A stretch of 64,000 bases of DNA from Octopus sinensis (taxonomy: Eukaryota). This document shows positions 1-11,199 of the stretch, one piece after another; position 1 is the first letter of the stretch; each line of letters begins with the position of its first letter. The stretch lies in assembly GCF_006345805.1 (NCBI RefSeq), contig NC_043013.1, positions 41,478,001 through 41,542,000 of the forward strand, read 5' to 3'. The notes beneath the pieces were generated by a model. The model was not told the origin of the DNA. It was given only the letters and a program-made list of their open reading frames with translations, and made no database searches. The position numbers and the translations under genes were made by a program.

Positions 1-747
1 GTACGACTGCCCGAATGGTCCACTCAAAATGGAAAAAACAGCTACAGAAATTATATAAGTAGGTTGTATTAAATGGATGAACCGATGTAGACTTCAAACT
101 GCATCGTCTAATTGATTGCAATAATAGTCTGTTACCGTAGTACCATAGGTAACAATTTGATGGAATAAAAATCGTTTAGACGCGCTATGTTTATTATGAA
201 ATATATGTTAAAATATGTTAAATCCTGAGCATTTATTGAACTTTTTTCTTTGAGCTTCAGTATCAAAGTATTCCTTCTTAGCATAGACGAAGCCCATACA
301 ATATTCTTCAGTTATTGACTCCAAACTGAAATATCGCATGACCGTGTTGTTTTCAAGCGCTTCTTGCCAATCCACCCCTTATCACGTCATTTTTTCATGT
401 AGATTTCTCTCATGTAGTGCCGTTGTAGTACCGTACATACATGTAGTTCCGGTCTACTGATTGTTCAGCGTGATGGCGGCAGCGCTGACAGCTGCAAAGG
501 AGAATATATGCACTGAGACCTCTTTGGTGCGTACAAAAATCACATACCCCCAACCACCCACAATTCTATGGCCTGGAATCTTTCAAACAGACGCATGACA
601 GCACTTAGTCGAATAAGCCCTTCATTTACTCCACAAACGATTTGTCGACAATGTTGCTCTTCCTCGTATCACATGCTTCAAATTAATTGTACCATACATA
701 CAAACTATCCCATTAAATCCCGAGCAACGCCGGGTATGTCTGGTAGT
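1..747 (+). mobile_element. Probable 3' part of a non-autonomous Helitron
   Basis: Ends in CCCGAGCAACGCCGGGTATGTCTGGTAGT (719-747), a GC hairpin plus a degenerate CTAG|T. This closely matches the terminus GCAGGCAACGCCGGGTATTTCAGCTAG|T at 15283-15310. The 5' end lies outside the window or is not recognisable. Confidence 0.5.
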
Positions 748-759
748 AAATATATGTAT

Positions 760-828
<69 letters not shown>

Positions 829-1344
829 TGTTCAATACGCTACTACAGAAAATGGGTTTGTTTCCCTTTCTACGAAACCTTGGCAACCAATGAAGAACGT
901 GTATCTCTATCAAAAACCTCGCTTAATCTAGCATGAATACCTAATAACCAGTAGTTTAACAAGAAATGCTGCTGCCTGATCGAGATGCCTGTCTAGATTT
1001 ACATGTTAAATAATGGACGAAGACTTTTACTTAGCGTGTGAAAGGAATTATTTTCGAGTACAACCGGAAGTTAGCTTCAATGTTGAGGAGGAAAAACGAA
1101 ATAAAGCAAGGAGTGTGCGTCGCTTCTACGAATATTGATGTTTATTACAGCAATTGGTATTCTTGAGGAGATGCCTTTTCAGTAGACCTTAGAAATGTAT
1201 TCCATTTAGTCTATACAATTCAGGCTGCCCGAAATGGCGTCATAGATGTGAATAGACTCTTTAAAAGGCCGTGAATACAGTGTAAGAGGTACAACAGTAG
1301 CAGAACATTATTCGCTTAAAATAGATTGAAACGGTTCCAATAGA

Positions 1345-1374
1345 ATTATCATCATCATCATCACCATCACCACC

Positions 1375-1432
<58 letters not shown>

Positions 1433-1446
1433 ACATCATCATCATC

Positions 1447-1495
<49 letters not shown>

Positions 1496-1553
1496 CACCA
1501 TCATCATCATCACCACCATCATCATCACCACCATCATCATCATCACCATCACC

Positions 1554-1597
<44 letters not shown>

Positions 1598-1799
1598 CAT
1601 TATCATCACCACCACCACCAGCACCATCATCATCATCATCATCATTATCATCACCACCATCATCATCATCAGCACCATCATCATCACCACCATCATCATC
1701 ATCACCATCACCACCATCATCATCATCACCATCATCATCATTATCATCATCACCACCATCATCATCATTACCACCATCATCGACATCACCATCACCACC

Positions 1800-1831
<32 letters not shown>

Positions 1832-1905
1832 CATCACCATCATCATCCACCTCCACCTCTTCCTCCTCATTATTATTATTATTATTATTATTATATTATT
1901 ATTAT

Positions 1906-1953
<48 letters not shown>

Positions 1954-2022
1954 CAGTAGTAGTAGTAGTAGTAGCAGTAGTAGCAGCAGCAGCAGCAGCG
2001 GTGGTGGTGGTGGTGGTGGTAG
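1345..2022. repeat. Compound trinucleotide microsatellite (CAT/CAC)n-(ATT)n-(AGT)n-(AGC)n-(GGT)n
   Basis: Directly visible; it explains the poly-D/G and poly-M/V ORFs at 1308-1870. Confidence 0.95.
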
Positions 2023-2551
2023 TATATCAAAGACTTTGGTTCTGAAGAATGGAGTTAATAAAACCGAAAGTTAAGTTTTGGATCCATGAAATGAATTCCA
2101 AGCTCCATTGAAAGACATAATTTCTTTGAGCCATTCAAGTAAATGTGTGGTAAATGTATGGCTTCTGTTTTATCTTGCAAAATATGGATCCTACTTAAGG
2201 CAACAAACGAAATACCCGGCCAGTGAGCTTTCATGTGGTAACATGATGTGTTAGAAACAGCAGTGAGAGTAGTTAGAAATTTCACACAAATGACAGTTGC
2301 GTTAATCAAAAGAACAAAAATGTAAAAAAGAAGAAAAAAAAAAGGAAGGAAACTCAAAACAGATGGGGGATGATGTTGAAGGATGTGGTCCTAGATTACT
2401 GAGATGGGTTGGTCACGGATGAAGCGTCTTGTAGTAGAGATCTACTTCGTCAGAACTGAACGGAAGCTAACAAGCATCAATGAAAAATTACACAGAGCGA
2501 TTGCAAATATACATAATTCTCCTGTGTGACCCTTCTGTCCGTCATCCCCCA

Positions 2552-2745
2552 AGATAAATCGCTAGCCACTACGCCTTTTTTTATTTTCCCTCCCCGTTTA
2601 TTTCTGCGTTCCTCTCTGGCGAAGAGCGTAGGCTCGAAACGTAAAATACTTTCTCACTTCCCGAGCGTTAAACTAATACATCTGTTTGTTGTTTACACAT
2701 CCATCTTCGTCTTTTTTTTTCTTTGCAAATTCTCACTGCATATAT
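2552..2745 (+). mobile_element. Penelope-like 3' tail element with degenerate hammerhead-like core (copy 1)
   Basis: CTGGCGA-A-GAGC-GTAG-GCTC-GAAAC-GTA at 2616-2643. A homologous ~190-bp copy lies at 23420-23615 on the minus strand. Confidence 0.55.
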
Positions 2746-2755
2746 ATGTGTGTGT

Positions 2756-2790
<35 letters not shown>

Positions 2791-2814
2791 CCTTTGTGTG
2801 TGTCTGTGTGTATG

Positions 2815-3010
2815 TGTTTGTGTGTCTGTGCTCGTTCCCTACCATCGCTTGACAATCGATGTTGGTGTGTTTACATCCTCGTAACTTAGCGGTCCGGTCG
2901 AAGAGACCGATAGAATAAGTACTAGGGTTACAAAGAACACGTACTAGGGTCGATTTGTTCGACTAAAGGCGGTGTGCTCCAGCATGGCCGCAGTCAGATG
3001 ACTGAAATAT
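2815..3010 (+). mobile_element. tRNA-SINE family C, 3' half
   Basis: ACCATCGCTTGACAATCGATG...CCAGCATGGCCGCAGTC...GACTGAAA tail shared with the full copies at 25092 and 40600. Confidence 0.85.
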
Positions 3011-3084
3011 ATAAAAAAAATAATAGAATATATATATATATATATTCATGCTTCTGTACATAAATACACAGCTATATGTGTGTG

Positions 3085-3138
<54 letters not shown>

Positions 3139-3273
3139 CACGAACCTGCACTCATATCATGTTTTGTATCAAGAAGTCGGTGATCGCAACCAGATACTAG
3201 AATAATGGACTACAACACCGACAACAACAGCGACTACAAACAATCATTATTATTATTGTAATTATTATTATTA

Positions 3274-3334
<61 letters not shown>

Positions 3335-3901
3335 TAGTGATAATAATATTAATAATATATTGATGTTGACACAAGCAACAAGACGTGGTCGACAATGGAA
3401 GTGATTTTGCCTGCCATCTGCCGTAAGTCACATGCATTGATTCTATCCGGCCGTTCTGCAGAAATATCTTTAGTGTCAGTGCCACCTGCATTCTAGAATC
3501 TTCTCTATAGAAAGGACAGACCAAGCCTTTCTAATAATGGTGCATTATTTGCGCTGGTGACAACAGATAAAAATGCGTTTTTTTTTTTTTTTTAAATTGA
3601 CATATTGTACTAAAATCACTTCTATAGATGGATGATGGCACAGCGAGTTCCGTTCGATCATGATGACGACGGTGATGATAATGATGATGAAGAAGAAGAA
3701 GAAGAAGAAGAAGAAGAAGAAGAAGAAGAAGAAGAAGAAAGAGGAGAAGAAGAAGAAGAAGAAGAAGAAGAAGAAGAAGAAGAAGAAGAAGAAGAAGAAG
3801 AAGAAGAACGAGAATGATGATGTTGGTGATCATGAAGTTAATATCCCTGGATGCTTTTAAAACATTGCTGATAGCAGACATATCTAAAGCAAAGAATAAT
3901 T

Positions 3902-3941
<40 letters not shown>

Positions 3942-4133
3942 ATATACATAAATATACATATATATATATATATATATACATATATATGTACATATATATA
4001 TATATACATATATATATATGTATATATGTATGTATATATATATATACATATATATAAATATAGATATATGTATTATGTATGTATATGTAGATATATACAT
4101 ACATGCATTCATATATATATAATATATATATAC

Positions 4134-4181
<48 letters not shown>

Positions 4182-4303
4182 TATATATATGCGCATGTAT
4201 ACCCATATAGACATTATACAACATACATTTACGGAGAAATATACAAAACGACACACTTCTAAAGCTATAAATATACAAACATTCAGGCTGTGTCACATAC
4301 ACA

Positions 4304-4341
<38 letters not shown>

Positions 4342-5165
4342 CATACATGCACAGAGACACTTGAGTACACACACACACACACACTCATACAGAAAGCACA
4401 TGCACAGACACAGAAAAATATATACAGAGAGAAAGAGATCGAGGCAAAGTAACGGACCTGTTCATACATACGTACGTACGTACATACATACATTAGAATT
4501 ATATTACACACACGTTTGTATGAATACGTTTCCTCTGCTTGCTTGCCTATCTCCATACTTACTCAACAAATGTACTGATACACGTTTATATCAATGGAGC
4601 TAATGGCGACTTAGATGGAAAGAAAGAAGCGTACAGGTGAAAATAACAGGCATACAGTGTACCCATTAGAGGCGAATTTTATTTGTTTATCAACTCAATT
4701 ATATACACAATACGTTGCATCTCCTCTCTTCCTACCTTAACTTCACAATTCACTGAACATAGTGGTGCAACTGAAAGCTCATCTAATATAATATTTCCTC
4801 TCAACATAGAAAAAAAGAAATAACATATCTATCACTTTTATTCAAAATGTACCCGAAAATGTCATTCAAGTGCCTTTAAAGAATATGAACGGCTCAACAT
4901 TACGTTGGTTAACAGCCTTTCAATGCGTTCGTGTGTTTGTATAATACATACATATACATATACATACATATACATATACATACATATACATATGTGTGTT
5001 TGTGTGTGTGTGTATGCATATACATATATAATCATTTATACAAACATGTAAAGAAGATGCGCATACAATATATACTTTTTATATACCACATATATACCTC
5101 TGCGTTGTTTAGCTTCGTTTACTCTGGCGACTGTCCAAATACTTATTGATTAGACCGGGTATTAT

Positions 5166-5198
<33 letters not shown>

Positions 5199-5307
5199 TA
5201 TATGTGTGTGTGTGTGTGTATTTATATATATATCTAATATATATGGATATATTTATGTATATATATACATATGTAATATATATATATATGTATATATTTA
5301 TGTCTAT

Positions 5308-5350
<43 letters not shown>

Positions 5351-5809
5351 AGAGAGAGAGAGAGAGGAGGTTGTGAGAGGTAATGGTGTCAGTAAGACCC
5401 AAAGGTGTCAGTAAGTGCAATGGATAGACCACAGTTAAGCTCCAGGTTCGGTGATTATGCGAATAAGGAGTCCAACGTAGGTCATATATCAGCGTGTGTA
5501 CATATAAATTTTCTTTTCAGAATGAGATGAAAAAAAACCAAGGCTGTAAAGATTTTAGAATATTTATAAATAGGTCTTACAGCTGTTTCCAGGATATTTA
5601 TTATATCCCTTCATCTCCGATGACCTTTCTAAGACCTATTTATAAACGTTCTAAAATCTTCACAGCCTTGGTTTTTTATCTCATTCTGAAAAAGATTTAT
5701 ATATATATGCATACATAGATAATATTATGTATGTTTATATTTGTTGTCTCTCCCCGTGCACAAACATACAAGTACACACCACGCTCGTACAAACATAAAT
5801 GGATACATA

Positions 5810-6627
5810 AGTGGTCTGATCAATAAGTATCCGGACTCCTGTCATAGTAAGGAAGCTAAAGCATGCAGAGTAAAACCACTTAGCAACGATTAACCTTGAA
5901 CTCTGATGTGCATGCGCACTAAGTTTTTGCTTTCTAGTTCGCTTCCGCTATTTACAGCAGTGCTTGGAAGGAATGTGTATAGCGTGTGATCGTAGCATTT
6001 AACATGACAGAGAAAGTTGAACAGAAAATCTACATCAAATTTTGCCAAAAGCTTGGCGATATCGGCTTAGTGGCCTAACAAAGTTTTCAAAAACCTTTCC
6101 TCGTCCTCGACACAAGGAAATCTGGTGCAACAAAAAACCCGATTGTCCTTTTGCTCGGCTGAAAGCAGTTTTGGCACAAACTCGTCAGACAATCCTCTCA
6201 TACCCAAATCTTCAGTGGTAACGGACTGAACAAAACCGTAGCTAATCTACACATCCCCTGATAACATATGGTTATTCGACGATTTCCCCTCACAGCTGCA
6301 CGCACATCTGCGATGTTTTTTCTCAGTTCTGTTGGTTACGGATCTCCCACAATGTCCATCCCTATCGACATTTTTTCGGCCATCTTGGAAACGTATCTCT
6401 GAGCATGTATCTCCATAGCAACTTTGTCAAGGTCAATGCGACGATCAACCGCAACACACCTTCCTTCCAAACACTGCTGTAAACAGCAAAAGTGAGCTAG
6501 AACATTAAAACTGAGTGTACATTCACATCAATGTTCAAGGTCAATCACTGCCAAGTTTCGTCCGTCCAAAGTCACTCTTTGCTTCGTAGCTATAGCAACT
6601 GTCTGGATACTTATCGATCAGACCTAG
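5810..6627. mobile_element. Mariner-derived element made of two inward-facing 5' halves, TA-flanked
   Basis: TIRs (A)GTGGTCTGATCAATAAGTATCCGGAC and GTCTGGATACTTATCGATCAGACCTAG with TA outside each. The left arm reads MTEKVEQKIYIKFCQKLGD (+). The right arm reads RFQDGRKNVD...EDLGMRGLSDEFVPKLLSAEQK (-, frameshifted), i.e. mariner HTH region. Confidence 0.8.
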
Positions 6628-6631
6628 TATG

Positions 6632-6666
<35 letters not shown>

Positions 6667-6667
6667 A

Positions 6668-6711
<44 letters not shown>

Positions 6712-6739
6712 GCATGTATATATATGTGCGTATGTATAT

Positions 6740-6783
<44 letters not shown>

Positions 6784-7070
6784 GTGTATACATATACATA
6801 CATATATCAGCATGTATGTATGTATATTATATATATATATATGTATGCATATATATATATAATAAAAGGAGAGAAAGAGAGAGAGCTAGAAAGGTAATCG
6901 AGAATATGGATATATATTTGCTTTATTCAGATATAAAATAAATATCTCGAACTTTTTAATGAAATTGTTGAACAGAAATTGTAGACATATTCACTCGCAG
7001 GAGAGTGAATATTTGACTTAGACACAAAGATTGACTCGTCAGGCTAGACCATCAAACGCACGCACACACA

Positions 7071-7126
<56 letters not shown>

Positions 7127-7358
7127 ACACACAGAGGAAAGGCAGTGTTCAACTCTTTAGAAAATTCCATTATATCTGTATATATTCATAAAGACAAATA
7201 CAGCACCATCTTGTGACGTATTTCTCTTCTATTATTAATATAATTTGGTATACGCTTCCGATGGGTCTCACTCATACACACACACATATACGCTCATATA
7301 TGTGTAAATATGTATGTACATATATATATCTATATATATATATATATATGCCTATATA

Positions 7359-7437
<79 letters not shown>

Positions 7438-7750
7438 AAGTTACATTCATACGTATCTACCTATTTATCTACACACACACACCTATGAATATATGTATAT
7501 ATATATATATACGCACACATTCGCGTCGAAAATCAGGGAAGGAAAATAAAAATTAAAGATATTTACATTTCTACTTTATTTTTCTGCATAAGATTTTTTA
7601 CAGTATATACTTTAACGTATTTTCATTATTTACATTAAATTTTGTAGGAAGTGATTAATAATTCATAATAGAGAAAATATTTATTTGAAAAATAAATAAT
7701 GGAAAAAAAATTAGAGAGCGTATGGCGTAAAGTTCAAGGAGTAATGTCTT

Positions 7751-8165
7751 ATTTCTTTATTGCCCACAAGGGGCTAAATATAGAGGGGACAAACAAGGAC
7801 AGACAAAGGGATTGAGTCGATTACATCGATCCCAGTGCGTAACTGGTACTTATTTAATCGACCCCGAAAGGATGAAAGGCAAAGTCGACCTAGGCGGAAT
7901 TTGAACTCAGAACGTAGCGGCAGAGAAAATACCTATTTCTTTACTACCCACAAGGGGCTAAACACAGAGAGGACAAACAAGGACAGGCAAACGGATTAAG
8001 TCGATTATATCGACCCCAGTGCTCAACTGGTACTTACCTAATCGACCCCGAAATGATGAAAAGCAAAGTCGACCTCGGCGGAATTTGAACTCAGAACGTA
8101 ACGGCAGACGAAATACTGCAAATATTGTCGCCCGGCGTGCTAACGATTCTGCCAGCTCGCCGCCT
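7751..8165 (-). mobile_element. tRNA-SINE family B, head plus two tandem body units
   Basis: Head AGGCGGCGAGCTGGCAGAATCGTTAGC; core GGTCGACTTTGCCTTTCATCCTTTCGGGGTCGAT present twice. Confidence 0.9.
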
Positions 8166-8471
8166 CATAGATAGTTATATATTAACAAAGTTAACTTAGA
8201 CGGAGTACAAAGACACAGAAAAGACTACTCAATTACCCCTCCCTCTTATCTCCCATTTTTCCACTTCTATTCCTCTCAATACCCTTTGATTCGATTACCT
8301 CTTCTCGTCCTTCCTTGCTTCAACACTCCCCATACCTCCACCAAACAATCTTCTTCCTCTCTCCACTATTTCTGCCTTCCACTTCACCCATTCTACCTTT
8401 AAATTTCCCTGCATTGTGATTTGAAAGACGTGTTAAGGTAATGCAGTTCTATATTCAGCACATGGGGAATT

Positions 8472-8574
8472 ATGTACATTATTTACATTATTTACATTTG
8501 ACGGATATATGACGTAGTGGTTAAGAGCACGGGTTACTAACCCAAAGATTCCGAGTTCGATTCCATGCAGTGAA

Positions 8575-8614
<40 letters not shown>

Positions 8615-8773
8615 TAAACATCAAAAAACAGCTTAGGAATGAGAAGCCATGTTCGATATTTCCAAAAGACACCTGATGAAGGCTGGAGGGTATATCAGCT
8701 GAAACGTTGTGTTAACAACAAACAAGATGAGGAAAAATATCCGTCAAATGTAAATAATGTAAATAATGTACAT
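8472..8773 (+). mobile_element. 302-bp element: perfect 37-bp terminal inverted repeats enclosing a tRNA-like head, (AAT)n and a minimal hammerhead-like motif
   Basis: 8472-8508 is the exact reverse complement of 8737-8773. A-box-like GTAGTGGTTAAG and B-box GTTCGATTCC at 8514-8564. CTGATGA...GAAAC at 8673-8705. Confidence 0.85.
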
Positions 8774-9257
8774 CTCAAGGTTATTTCTACAGATTTTCTA
8801 TAGAAATTAAAGCCGGCACTGATTTTGTTACGACGTTTCCTATCCGAATCGTCAAATGTTAACAACCAATGAGATTGAAGATGAAAGACTTAGGTAATGC
8901 CCATATATGCCATATTTCGGGCTTTTTGTTCCTTCATCAGCACCCACCCATTAATCATCCACGAACTTATTGCTGAAAGAGCCGCTACATATAGCGGTGT
9001 AACGTTATTGGGTATATCAATTTACGTATTAAACACATTCGTGAACGCTAGGCTAGATTCATCCAATGTCTATTGCTTCCATTACTGGTTTCATATTTTT
9101 GCAAACTACATCTGCCAACATTACGTAAGTAACTCTGACACCCCAGAAACAGCTGTCGGATATGTTATACCGTAACTTCTCACTATTAATCTTCTGTCTT
9201 TGTTACCTGCGTCAGTTTGCTCTGTTAACATATAAACATCTATATATATATATGCAA

Positions 9258-9309
<52 letters not shown>

Positions 9310-9562
9310 TTGATATGCAGTTAAAACGCAGACTATAATTCTGAAAATAATTCTGTCAATTTTCCTAACAGGTAGTCAGCTTTGGAGACTTCTATATTCT
9401 TGAGATTGTTTCTCTTTCTCATATGGAGCGGTTCTCATTTGGCATTTGGTAATTGTGGCAGTGTGAAACTTCTCCAGTGGCGGAAATAAAATTAGTAAAT
9501 CAAGGATTTATATTGTGCCGTATTTAGTATACCTGTATTAGTCATATATATATGTATATATA

Positions 9563-9951
<389 letters not shown>

Positions 9952-10817
9952 GTATATACATCTCATCTTATCTTATATCTTTAAAAAGTGGTAAGTTGGG
10001 CTATCATTTGATAAAATGAGAAGGGTGCAAGAGCGATAGTGTGAGGGGAAACATAGTGGCATAGAGAGTAAGACTGATATGAGGGAAGGAGAGGAGAGAG
10101 TTGTGTAAGCGACAAATATGGAGTGGCAGTGGGATAATAACGTTAATACGTTGTCATTCAGGGATACACGCGCGCGCGCTTTCAATCTTTTTCTCTCTCT
10201 CTCTCGCTTTGCTTTCTCTCTGTACAATGTTGTAATTCAGTTGCAGTTACAGAAAGGAAGATTTCTCTTTCTCCCTTTCCCTAACTCTCTGTCCCTCTCT
10301 GTCTGTCTGACTGTCTGTCTGACTGACTGTCTGTCTGTCTCTCTCTCTCTCTCTATCAGTAACACACACACACATACACACTCACAAATCTCTAGACAAA
10401 TATTTGACAACGATTAAACCGAAATTATCCGGAATTAACCGAAGTATTCCGTTTTTACTGTGTATGAACAGACGATATAGAAGTTATCGTCTGCTAAGTA
10501 CTTAGAGTCAAATCACTTTTCTTTTCACGAAAACGACGTTTCAAGTCAACATTGAAGGTGAAGTACGTTATTGATTTAGTTTTTATCATTTACAAAATTA
10601 TAATCACTCATTCATCTATCTCAAAGTTAGTAAGACAAATTTCTAAAGGGGAAATTGCCATCAATTAGCATCTTATCCCTTTTGGTGTTGTAATTTTCCG
10701 TCACGTTCAGTTCCCCAAACCATCTACAGATTAAACTGAAGGTGAAGTACCTTTCTGAATTTATTGAAAAATATTCCACGCTTAGATTCATTTATTAGTT
10801 CACCGCATTAGTAAAGT

Positions 10818-11170
10818 CATTGTATGTTCAGAGCTGTGTTACTTTTGCTCAAAAACAACAGAAATTGTCGAAATCTTCAGGAATAGTCCGTAGGATATAA
10901 ATGCAATAATTGGAAGAATTTTCATTCTTTTATTCCTAATAGTACTATGCAGGAATACTAAGCATACATGAGTAGGAATGGAACATACGACGGTAATGTT
11001 GAATTAGCTGCCATTAAAGCATTGTACAATGTTGCAATTCAAGTTCATCACAAAAAGCACGAGGAAATTATTCTTCTGTTCACCGTTTGCGGTCGAACAG
11101 TTACAGAAAGGAAGATTTCAGTGTTATATGGCTGTGAAATTGATAACGACCACTTGGATGGTTTCATTCC
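10818..11170 (+). pseudogene. OTU-like cysteine protease domain relic at the N-terminus of the Helitron ORF
   Basis: In frame from 10818: HCMFRAV...NNWKNFHSFI...EY*AYMSRNGTYDGNVELAAIKALYNVAIQV...ISVLYGCEIDNDHLD. This matches the OTU Cys box (GxCLFRA), the WGGxxEL motif and the His box. Two in-frame stops. Confidence 0.7.
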
Positions 11171-11199
11171 CATAAACAATCATGAACATGAAAAAAAAA

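Noticed and set aside
1308-1870. 182-aa poly-Asp/Gly and 125-aa poly-Met/Val ORFs
   Set aside because: They are translations of a CAT/CAC microsatellite, with no splice or codon evidence.
2035-2085. CTGAAGA...CCGAAAG hammerhead-like match
   Set aside because: Helices I and III cannot form.
3531-4603. Many long YI/HT/CV-repeat ORFs (also 22.6-23.5, 34.6-37.0, 52.0-52.8 kb)
   Set aside because: Stop-free frames of (TA)n, (CA)n, (TATG)n and (TATC)n repeats.
8510-8570. Possible tRNA gene (also other SINE heads)
   Set aside because: A and B boxes are present but there is no acceptor stem or full cloverleaf; these are SINE heads.
8897-9175. 92-aa ORF with plausible AG (8940) and GTAAGT (9125) splice signals
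   Set aside because: No recognisable protein similarity and no partner exons; it overlaps a probable repeat relic on the other strand.
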